Assembly: GCA_030390025.1 (NCBI GenBank)
Contig: CM059432.1
Coordinates: 45,448,001-45,512,000 of the forward strand
Direction: 5' to 3'
Length of the DNA stretch: 64,000 nt
From: Squalus acanthias
Taxonomy: Eukaryota
The notes under the pieces are model-generated. The model had not been told where the DNA came from. It worked only from the letters and a program-made list of their open reading frames with translations, and did no database searches. This document shows positions 24,001 through 36,000 of this stretch, piece by piece. Each line of letters starts with the position of its first letter. The stretch's first letter is position 1. The position numbers and the translations under genes were made by a program.

Positions 24001-27000
24001 TTTATTCTTTTTATGTTTGATTTCCATTTTAACTGTTTCAATTTGCTGATGTGTATACACACTCTAATAAAGGAACAAAAGCAAGTTGGTTATTTGCTTT
24101 AGCATGCTCAGTTTGGTAGTCTCACTTTTCAACATATTTCCTGTAAGCTGAAATTAAATAGGAATATAGGTCCACAAAAGACCAATGCAATCCATCTGGC
24201 GATCCCAAGTTCAAAAAAATACCATATTGTACTTTTATTCTCTTGTATCCGTCAATCCTTACTTTCATCAGAATTGCATTTAGAATGGAAAAAGAATTAA
24301 ATTAAAAATATGAAAATTTAAATCTTTTTGTTTTGTATATTTATATTAAAATATAAACAGAGAAAGAGAGGATACTGGATCATCCCAGGCTAAATTTGCA
24401 AGAACAGAGGAGCCAAATCTACCCACTGGTCATCAGCTGCATATCACAGATCCTTCATTGGAAAAGAGAGACTCTGAGTTGACTAGCCAGAGCACCCAGC
24501 TAGAATATATTTCTGCAAACCGCAAAACAGGATCATCTGCTGAGGGTTTAAAAGGAAGTCCTGGAAGAGTAAGTGAAGAAGAAACAACCAACAAAAATGT
24601 CCCAGAGAAAACTGAGTTTGTTCGTGAAATGACAACACAAAAAAGAAGAAAAGACCCAGAAGATGGAAATCTGAAAGATGACACGATACTTTCCAGCCAT
24701 GAACAGTTGGGAGTGAGTAAAAGGAGAAAGGTAGAATCTGAGGTTTTGTCTTTCAATGAAAAAGACGAGTCTGTAGCAGAAGGTGGAACTAAAGCATCTG
24801 TGAGTAGTTTTTTTTTAATAGTTTTTATCTGTGTGCACGTAGAATAATCTTAGGAAGTACAAGACGGGTCCTTTCCAAGACAAAGTGACTGTTTTCCTAG
24901 GTCCAACCACCTTTCTTGTTTTTATGTTTTAAGAAATTGCCACCCAACCTCCAAAAAAATATTTAAAGAAGGTCATCAGTAGCCCTGTGTATTTAAAAAA
25001 ATATATATATACATATATTTTTTTACTTTTCTCTCCTCTCCTGAAGGCTTTGTGAGTCTTTGTCTGATGTATACTATCCAGCAGGTGTCACCAAATAGTG
25101 ATCAGAAGTTGGAACATTGGGTAATTTTCCTCTTCCCAACCCAGGGGAGCAATTGTAATGACCCTACTGCCAGCCCTGTTGAGATGAGCCAGTTCCAGCA
25201 TTGACCAGAAATCGATCTCAGGAAATTCTCAACACTTTCTCTTTACCAACTGAGTCATCAGGGGAGCTCAGTATGTCTATTTAATTTTTTTATAGACTTT
25301 TTTGGGCAGTACTGAAGACCAGTGCTTCTACTACTCTGGTGTTTTTATCATTAGCATGATAAGATTTCTATATTTGGATGGGATTTATTTTGTTTTTAAA
25401 ATATGCTGATTTGAATTTTTTAACCTGTGGTATGTATTTTGCCTGCATTTGGGATTTGGGGGACATTATTTTGGGGCATTACTTAACATGTTAATGAAAC
25501 TTCAGGCGTAACATTTTTATTCAAATATGTAGATTCCACATGTAGATTAGTTATTTTTGCAATGCAAATACAGATTACTTTTATGCTTAAAAAATTGTAT
25601 TGTGTGCAGTGTGTGTAGTATCATTGAAAACTTCATTGCACCTGCTCTGTTGTTAACCCTGGTAAGAAACGGATCCTAGCTAAAAATGTGTTATAGTTAG
25701 AGAAATTCAAGCATGATTATAACTATACCTAGATTTATAATGAGATTTGCACAGCAGGGAAAAGCTTGCAGATGTGGTAATAATTAAGTGGAAGTCATGG
25801 CTTGTAAATGTACCGTTTCTTCTTTGTGTCCAAACATGCAAAGACATCACAAGTAAAACAGGAGTCTGAAATTAAGCACAAATTATCTGCACCTCTCAAT
25901 AAGGAGTCAAATAATGTAAGTATTTTGCACCATAAAAATCTAACCTTATTAAATATTTACATAAAGAGCCTGTATGATTAATTAGGTCGGACTTGGTAAG
26001 GTTTGTTTGTGTGGCTCTGCATCTTCCAGTTAAGTAACATCTGAATTGCCCTTTTTATAAGATCACTTTTATAGTGGTCAATCGACCTTAAATGACAGTA
26101 TTGGTTAATCCACCAGGCAGTATTAAAGGAAAAGAGTAATCCGATCTAAATGAATATTGCAACTGAAGTGAATGTTGTGGTAAATATGTGATTAGTTATA
26201 TAAAATTTAATATAACATGTTTTTCCCATAAAATTGCAGGTTCTTGTAAATATATATGACTTTGGATGCTATCCAGGTTACAGTGCTTCTCTGACTGAGA
26301 GGTACCCTCTCAAAGCTGGTGAACAGTGACGAGGCTGATGCGATCTGCCTAGGTCGTGTAACATTAGTTCTTAGTCTTCTAGTGTCACTGAAATAGAAAG
26401 AATGCCCACTGCAATTGGGAGGTCAATCATGTGCATGGGGATTTTCTCCTAAAGGGATTCAGGATTATTTATTGCCTCTTTTAAACCAAATTAACTGAAA
26501 CAGGGCAGATTTGCTTGGCGTTTTGTGTCATGCTAGTGTTAAACTCATACACTGCAGTCTATGCCAGCGAGTGGAAAGTTTTCTGTGATCTTCAAATAAC
26601 AATGGTCTGAGACTTTTGAAGTTGACTATTTAATATGTCACATTGAATGGGCACCTATCGTGAAACAGTACAGAAGAACAATGTCTATTTGGATAAATGT
26701 TGCATTTCACTTAATTGTTAAATAGTCTGTTTTAAACTCCAGTTCCCATCTCTATCTAATGATTCTTTTTTTCGTCTCGCACTGTAACATTGCAGTGTTC
26801 CTCCCAGCTAGCTGATTAGTCTGTACTAATCATGTAATATTATCAGTCCTATTGTCCGTATAGACAAATCTGATCAAAGAATCATTTCCACAAAAACACA
26901 GAAGGCACCTATGTCACTTAATACTCTGGATCAGAAATTCTTTCCCTGGTTATCTTTATGCATAACTCAATGCACACTTTTCATCTGCTTTATTTATTTT

Positions 27001-30000
27001 TAATCTCTCCACACTGCCCAACCCAATTTTTCACCATGACTTAGCATCACTTTTAACCACTTGTTCTTGCATTGTACAATGTAGATTGCCAGGATTATAC
27101 CAGAGATGATAAACTATAGTTATGAGGAGAAAATTGAGATACTGGGAATATTTTCACTGGAGCAGAGATGGCTAACATGAGACTTAATAGAGGTTTTTAA
27201 AATTATGAAAGGTTTTCAGAGGGTGAATGAGAAAAGACTATTTCCTCTGGTTTGGGGGTCAGTGGGAAGGGGTAATCAGTTTAAAATTGTCGCTAAGAGA
27301 GTGAGCAGAGATTAAGAAAAAAATATTTATGCAAAGAGCTGTTGCAGCATGAAATGCTTTGCCGGAGAGAATAGTTGAGGCATAGCCCGTTGCATCTTTT
27401 AAAGGAAAAGTGGATAAACATTTAATACAGAGGAAGATACAGATATATGGAAAAATAACAAAATTATGGGATTAGTTTAGATGGCGCTGTCAAAGAGCCA
27501 GCACAGACATAATAGACTGAATGGTCTCTTTCCCACCGCCATCTTCCACAAACACGTTGCATTTAAAAAAATATATTTTTTTCTCTTGATAAAACTTCTT
27601 GCCATCAATGGCCTCTTCAACCAGAAACATAATGCAGTATTGGTACTCATCGCTATTTAAAGGGGATGCACACACCGAGAGACCTGGGGGTGTAGAGACA
27701 CAAATGTTTGAAGGTGGCAGGGCAAGTTGAGATGGCTGTTTAAAAAAAAACAGTGGATTCTTGGCTTTATAAACAGAGGCATGGAGTACAAAAGCAAGGA
27801 AGTTATGCTAAACCTTTATAAAGGCCCCAGCTGGAGTATTGTGTCCAATTCTGGGAACCACACTTTAGGAAGGATGTCAAGGCCTTGGAGAGGGTGCAGA
27901 GGACATATACTAGAATGGTACCAGGAATGCAGGACTTTGGTTACATGAAGAGACTAGAAAAAACTAGGGTTGTTCTCCTAAAAGCAGAGAAGGTTAAGGG
28001 GAGATTTAATCGAGGTGTTCAAAATTATGAAGGATTTTGATAGAGTAAATAAGAAGAAACTGTTTCCAGAGGGAGAAGGGTCAGTAACCAGATTTAAGTT
28101 AGTTGACAAAAGAACCAGAAGCGACATGAGGAAAACATTTTTTATGCAGCGAGTTGTTATGATTTGGAATGTACTGCCTGAAAGGTTGGTGGAAGCAGAT
28201 TCAGTAATAACTTTCAAAAAGGAATTGGATAAATACTTGAAGTGGAAAAATTTGCAGGGCTATGGAGAAAGAGCATGGGAGTGGGACTAATTGAATTCCT
28301 TTATTAAAGAGCCGTTACAGGCACGATGGGCCGAATGACTACCTCCAGTGCTGTATCATTCTATGATTCTATGCAAGTAAGAAACTGGTTAAAGGCTTAC
28401 ATAGCTGGAAGTGCAGTAACAGCAGAGTACTGTGAATATCAGAATCTGCCTTCAAACAGAACACAGCAGACAGGACAAAACTGGGGTCATCATTTAGCAA
28501 ACTCCAACAGTCTGAGGATGTGCTCAAGGCAATCACTTAGAGCTGGATTTTGCCGGCGCTTAGAGTGCGGGTTTGGAGGCGGGTCCGCTGTCAAAATAGC
28601 AAAGATTGACAGCAGGTAGGAAACCTGCTGTCAACCCGCCTCCACGCGAGTCTCCCAGGTGTCGGGTCTGTCTGCAGCGGGGGAGACAATTTATATCATT
28701 AAATGGCTTGTTAACAGCCAATTTAATGCTATTTTGTGCCTACCTTGTAATTTTACGTGCTCCCCCACGGGTTACCCGCAGCTCGGGGAACACACCAACT
28801 CACCCTGTAGTGAGTTGAGTCTGCTTTGATTTATCTGATATCCTGACAGCTGGAGAAGTGGTATAAAGGGATACCATGTTGCAGCTGTTCAGTTTCAGAG
28901 CGCAGAAACTGTTGGTTACTGCATTTGTAAGACATATAGAGATTTCTTTAGCTTGCAAGTTTTTAGAGCCAACTGTATATCCAGTGCCACCTCATTGGAA
29001 CAACCTCTCTCACCATTGACAGATCGCTTCTGTCATCTCAACTGCAGCTGCCATCTATTGCAGCAACATCGGTGCCCTTGAAAAAAATCTCACCATGTCC
29101 ACGCGATCCCTCCCTCCCACCTCTGCACCTGCAGCTAGCCAGCCTCCCGGGTTTCCCGACTGCTGCTGAGCGCCGCCCCCCACATTCGCAACCCACCTCA
29201 TGATTAAAATTCAGGCCTCATGAAATTAGCCAGCTACAGTAAGGCGAGGACTGCTGGATCTCGGCCCCTGCACATGATCCTCCGATTATCACCCCAGGGC
29301 CCTACGCGATCCTCTGGCCCTCCGATTATCACCCGAGGGCCCCCACACGATCCTCCGGCCCTCCGATGATCACCTCCGGCCCCCACACGATCCTCCGGCC
29401 CTCCGATGATCACCTCCGGCCCCCACACGATCCTCCGGCCCTCCGATGATCACCTCCAGCCCTCCGATGATCACCTCCGGCCCCCACACGATCCTCCAGC
29501 CCTCCGATGATCACCTCTGGCCCCCACACGATCCTCCGGCCCTCCGATGATCACCTCTGGCCCCCACACGATCCTCCGGCCCTCCGATGATCGGCCCTCC
29601 AAGCGTTCCCTCCTTCCCCGGCCCTCCAATTGGCCCCGACTCTTCACCCCCCAACCCTACGGTCCACCGATCGCTCCCGGGTTTCCCGACCGCTTCTGAG
29701 ACCCCCCCCCCTTCCTGGTTCCCAACCCACCACCTGATTAAAATTCAGGCCATAATGTTGAACCCTCTCCCCAAAGTAAATGCAATAAACAGGATACTGA
29801 AAAGCATCTTGTGAAATATATACTTTTTATTTCCACAGTTGAGATAAGTGTAACTGTTGTGACAAGTTGTACATTCAGTATCAGTTGGAAATAAAATTTC
29901 TGCCTCATGGGCCGTTGGGAATTAGTGTTCATGAAAAGAACCATAGCTTTCTAGGAAGCAGTAGAATTGCTTTAATGACTAATGCCATCATTTTGACTTG

Positions 30001-33000
30001 CACCAAGTAAATTATAATAAAATACTTCCAAAATAATACAAAAGTTGGTTTTTTTTTAAAACAGGAAGAATGAATGTACAGAATGCAACCAATATTTGTG
30101 GGAAGTAGCGTAACTATTTTTCTAAATCCGTTCTACCATATGTATTACCAAAAGTCGAATGACCTTATGAATATTAATTTTGAATTCAAATGCAGCATTC
30201 ACATGAAAAGAATCGATGATCAAATGAGCATTCATGAATCTGCAATTGCTGTGATAATTATGATATGTTTGCTTTGCTTTATAGTATTTGGAATCTGAAA
30301 ATAATGAGGCTCTTCCAAGCAAACTTCTGTTAACTGTGTTCAAGTCACTTGTTGTTCGCCAGTCTGGAAAAGGAAGAATGTTTGCCTCAGATGCAGAGAA
30401 CAGCCAGCTGAAGAACTTTAAGAAATTTAGAAAGGTTAATATATTTTCATTTGTTCTACTTTAATATTATACATAATTGTAAATAGTTTTTGGTATTGCA
30501 ATTTCCATGATCATTCTCTACACTTGTAGTATGAAAATAAATCTTGGCTGCCACAAGATGACATTATGGGCCGGATCTTGCTGGAAAAATAACAGCGTGT
30601 TAACGACGCATGCCATTATTAATGTATAAATCGGCCAGCAAATTCAGGGATTGAGATACGCTGTGAGTTTCAAATCTCCAGAACTTGCTGGTCGATTTAC
30701 ATCGCTCTGCCATTTGCTTCGCACAAACTGAATCTCGCCCTTAGCCTTCCTGTTATTTTTAAGAACGCGCTGGATTTGCACATTAATTACCCATTAAACT
30801 CACCACAGAAAATTAAGTCTGTTAATTAACAGTGTAAGTACCTTTTTTTTTGTCCTGGGACATGGGCGTCGCTGGCAAGGCTAGCATTTATTGCCCATCC
30901 CTAATTGCCCTTGAGAAAGTGGTGGTGAGCCGCCTCCTTGAACCACTGCAGTCCTTGTGCTGTTAGGGAGTGAGTTCCAGGATTTTGACCCAGCGACGAT
31001 GAAGGAACGGCAATATATTTCCAAGTCCGGATGGTGTGTAACTTGGAGGGAAACTTGCAGGTGATGGTGTTCCCATGCGCCTGCTGCCCTTGTCCTTCTA
31101 AGTGGTAGAGGTCATGGGGTTGGGAGGTGCTGTCAAAGAAACCTTGGCAAGTTGCTGCAGTGCATCTTCTAGATGGTACACACTGCAGCCATGGTGCGCT
31201 GTTGGTGGAGGATGTGGTGCCAATCCAGCGGGCTGCTTTGTCCTGGATGATGTCAAGCTTCTGAGTGTTGTTGGAGCGGCACTCATCCAAGCAAGTGGAG
31301 AATATTCCATCGCACTCCTGACTTGTGCCTTGTAGATGGTGGAAAGGCTTTGGGGAGTCAGGAGGTGAGACACTCACCGCAGAATACCCAGCCTCTGACC
31401 CGCTCGTGTAGCCACAGTATTTATGTGGCTGGACCAATTAAGTTTCTAATCAATGGTGACCCCCCCCCCCAGAATGTTGATGGTGGGGGATTCAGCGATG
31501 ATAATGCCGTTGAATGTCATGGGGCGGTGGTTAGACTCTCTCTTGTTGGAGATAGTCATTGCCTGGCACTTGTATGGCGCAAATGTTACTTGCCACTCAT
31601 AAGCCCAAGCATGAATGTCGTCCAGGTCTTGCTGCATGCGTACATGGTCTGCTTCATTTCATTAACGACCTGATAATTGTTAATGAAATGCCAATCAACC
31701 TCTCTGGCCCAGAAATGGAACAATTTAAACTGTGGAGTCTCATTCCTTCAGGTGGTAAATTGTTCTTAGAGATTTTAAAAATGTCAAATTTAAAAGAAAA
31801 TTCTTGCTTTACCTGTCTGTCTCTTTTTTCTTCTCTCTCTTTAATTTTCTTTCTGTACCTGATTTGACTCTAATTCACCCTCCTTCGCAGTCGTTCCTCT
31901 GTTTCTTTTATTATTTCAAATTTGTTTGTCTGAGTATTTCAAATAGTTTATTTAGATGTGGGAGCATGGCAGAGTGGTTATGGTCGTGCGTGAGAGTTCC
32001 ACAAGTTGAGAGTTCAAATCCCATTTGGGTAAGTCTCTGAGTAAGTTTATTAAACTTGGTAATTTACAAACTGGCACTCAGGGTAAAACAAATGGTCACA
32101 GGATGAATTATTATTGATAGATTTTTGGATACTAAGGGAATCAGGGAATATGGGAATGGCATGGGAAGGTAGAGTTGAGGTGGAAGATCTGCCATGATCT
32201 TATGGAATGGCGGAGCAGGCTCGAAGGGCCGAATGTCCTAATTCTGCTCCTATTTCTTATTTTTTATTCGTTCATGGGATGTGGGCGTCGCTGGCAAGAC
32301 CAGCATTATTGCCCATCCCTAGTTGCCCTTGAGAAGGTGGTGGTGAGCCGCCTTCTTGAACCGCTGCAGTCCGTGTGGTGAAGGTACTCCCACAGTGCTG
32401 TTAGGGAGGGAGTTCCAGGATTTTGACCCAGTGACGAAGGAACGGCGATATACTTCCAAGTCAGGATGGTGTGTGATTTGGAGGGGAACTTGGAGGTGGT
32501 GGTGTTCCCATGCGGCTGCTGCTCTTGTCCTTCTAGGTGGTAGAGGTCGCGGGTTTGGGAGGTGCTGCCGAAGAAGCCTTGGCAAGTTGCTGCAGTGCAT
32601 CTTGTAGATGGTACACACTGCAACCACGGTGCGCCAGTGATGGAGGGAGTGAATGTTTAAGGTGGTGGATGGGGTGCCAATCAAGCGGGCTGCTTTGTCT
32701 TGGATGGTGTTGAGCTTCTTGAGTGTTGTGGGAGCTGCACTCATCCAGGCAAGTGGAGAGTATTCCATCACACTCTTGACTTGTGCCTTGTAGATGGTGG
32801 AAAGGCTTTGGGGAGTCAGGAGGTGAGACTACCCAGAATACCCAGCCTCTGACCTGCTCTTGTTGCCACAGTATTTATGTGGCTGGTCCAGTTAAGTTTC
32901 TGGTCAATGGTGAATACCCCCCCCAGGATATTGATGGTGGGGGATTCGGCGATGGTAATGCCGTTGAATGTCAAGGGGAGGTGGTTAGAGTTTCTCTTGT

Positions 33001-36000
33001 TGGAGATAGTCATTGTCTGGCACTTGTATGGCGTGAATGTTACTTGCCACTTAGCGCAAGCCTGAATGTCGTCCAGATCTTGCTGCATGCGGGCATGGAC
33101 TGCTTCATTATCTGAGGAGTTTCGAATGGCACTGAACACTGTTATGTTCTGTTCTTTCTCAATCATTAAATCCCATTGGTTAAGGAGATAAACCGTTTGT
33201 CCCACCATTCACTAAAGTCCCAGATGCCCCATTGTCCTCGCCACGCTGTTATCAGCTCACACTTCCAGCAAATTACGATGCTTGCTTTTCTGCAGGAAAA
33301 ATGTCTCGCTAACAGGGCATGCCGTGAGACCCCCCGCTCCAGCAAGATTCGGCCCTATGTCCTTCCAAGCTGTTCTGCTTCTGTTCAAGAAAATGTTTTG
33401 TGCTTAAAGGTAGCTGGTGTACTTGTGACCTGCCTAAATGGAAATTATACAGGAGAATACCTTACTGTGCTGTCTGTATGGGAATGTGCTTTCATTCAGT
33501 ATCTTGCAATTGATTTTTTTTAAATGCAGGTTTTGCACAGTTGTGTATTGATTAGTTAAAAGTGCTGTTTTAGCTAACATTTGTTAAAACTTTTTTCATT
33601 GTGGTAGGTTGTGTATCCTGGGGCAGAAGAATTTCCAAAAATTATTGGGGGCACAGATCTGAAGGCTTATCAGACCAAAAAGAGCTCGGAAATGGAAGAG
33701 TGGTTAAGACAAGAAGTGGAGGTATGACATGGATTAGAAATCAAGGCCTGGGTTTTCTGCTTCTGTGCACACCAGCCTGCAATTCTTTTTTTCATTCATT
33801 TGAATGCGTGAAAAATCCACGGCTGGTTCCCCAAAAATGATGGGGGAACCAAGGGTCTAATGAGGGTGAGGAACTTAACGTAATTAATATAAGTAGAGAA
33901 AAAGTACTAGAGAAACTAATGGGACTAAAAGCCGACAAATCCTCTGGCCCTGACGGCCTACATCCTAGGGTTTTAAAAGAGGTGGCTGCAGAGATAGTGG
34001 CTGCATTGGTTTTGATCTTCCAAAATTCCCTAGATTCTAGAACGGTCCCAGCGGATTGGAAGGTCACAAATGTAACACCGCTATTCAAGAAAGGAGGGAG
34101 AAAGAAAACAGGGAACTACAGGCCAGTTAGCCTGACATCAGTCGTCGGGAAAATGCTGGAATCCATTGTTAAGGAAGTGATATCAGGGCACTTAGAAAAT
34201 CATAACATGATTAGGCAGAGTCAACATGGTTTTATGAAAGGGAAATCGTGTTTGACAAATTTATTAGAGTTTTTTGAGGATGTAACTAGCAGGGTAGATA
34301 AAGGGGAACCAGTGGATGCAGTATATTTAGATTTCCAAAAGGCATTCAATAAGGTGCCACATAAAAGATTATTACACAAGATAAGGGGTTGGGGGTAATA
34401 TAGTAGCATGGATAGAGGATTGGTTAACAGACAGAAAACAGAGAGTAGGGATAAACGGGTATTTTTCAGGTTGGCAGGCTGTAACTAGTGGGGTGCCACA
34501 AGGATCAGTGCTGGGGCCTCAGTTATTTACAATCTATATTAATGACCAAGATGAAGGGACCGAGTGTAATGTATCCATGTTTGCTGATGATACAAAGGCC
34601 AGGTGGGACAGTAAGCTGTGAGGAGAACACAAAGGGCTCGATTTTGCCGTTGGGGTCGGGCTGGGGGCGTGTCAGGTGGTTTTCATGTCAGGACCCCGAC
34701 TCCGATGTGAAGTGGGAAAAAAGTGCGATTTTCCCCTAATTGGGCACTTGATTTCCAGCGTGTGGGAACCCCTGGCCCAATTAGTCTTTCTATCCTGAAA
34801 GTCGCCACCGATGACATCATCAGTGCTGCTGGATTTAAGGCCTGCAAGCAGCCTTGCTTCTTCTGGAGACTGGAAACGCTTTGGACATTGTATGAAGGAC
34901 TGCATTTACCGACCATGTCCACCAGCAAGCAAAAGTGTGCACCTCGCTTTGATGAGCCCTCCCTCTAAGCTCTGGTGCAGGGAGCAAGATCTAATAAGGA
35001 GGTGCTCTTCCCTTCCTCAGGGAGAAAAAGCCAACACAACAGACTAAAGCTGTGTGGCTGCAAGTGGCCCAGGAGGTCAATGCCATCTCTATGTGCCGCA
35101 GAACCTGGCTGCAGTGCAGGAAGCGGTTTCATGACCTCCGCACAGGAAAAGTGAGTATGACTTTCTCATCACCCTCAATCTCATCCCCATCGCCTCTCCT
35201 CACCAGCACTCTGCTTTGCCAACCTCTTCCTCCACATCCCACTTGACACTGACATCCCTGCACCCTTACCCATTCCCTCTCTCTCTATGGTCAGATTCAC
35301 TTAACTATTCGACCATGCAGCCCTCACACTCCCTATCACTGTGACGCAATGACAACAACTTACAACACACAGGGAGGGCCCTTTGTCTCCTTCTAAGCAT
35401 CTATGCTATGGATTCTCTACACTCACTCCTTCATTCTCACTCAAACTCCACTTGTGTCCCTCATTGCAGGAAAAGAGAGCCCACAATAAGAGGGAAAGAG
35501 CGAGGACAGGAGGAGGGCCACCCTCAGTAGCCCAGCTCACCACCTCGGAGGAGGCGGCCCTGGAAATTGCCGGGATCGAGGAGGATTCCCAAGTGGGGGA
35601 CGGACACACGGGCGTATCACAGCAAGCTGGTGACAGAATAGTTTGGCATCTCTCTCATTGACATTGTATGAGTGACTGATAATGATTCTGATGCTCTAAC
35701 AGATTGACTTACGATCATCTGCACAATTCAATGTGCATGCAACCTTTACCTCACATCTCTAACTCTTTCCTTTACTCCCCCACAGGACCATCGAGAGCCC
35801 CCATCCCCACTGTCCAGGAGGAAGAGCCTGAGCTTCCAGACTCCTCAGAGGAAGCTGCAACCTCTGAGGGCGCTCCGTCAGCAGAATTAAGCGCACTCTG
35901 CACCAGCACAGACACTCACACCTCGGTGGGACCTTCGGGACATAGAGTAGAGTTGTCACCTGGTGTATCACAGCTCACAACTGAGCATCAGCAGATGGTG

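Larger units (their letters stand above)
30568..33355. mobile_element. Harbinger-like MITE (family A-related) expanded by nested insertions
   Basis: TIR GGGCCGGATCTTGCTGGA/TCCAGCAAGATTCGGCCC with TSD TAT. Confidence 0.85.

Noticed and set aside
29262..29600. Regular repeat array resembling CRISPR
   Set aside because: Units are contiguous with no unique spacers, there are no cas genes, and the context is a eukaryotic intron; it is a minisatellite.
31960..32040. tRNA gene (also about 17200 and 50470-50540)
   Set aside because: A/B boxes only, with no cloverleaf or acceptor stem; these are SINE heads.
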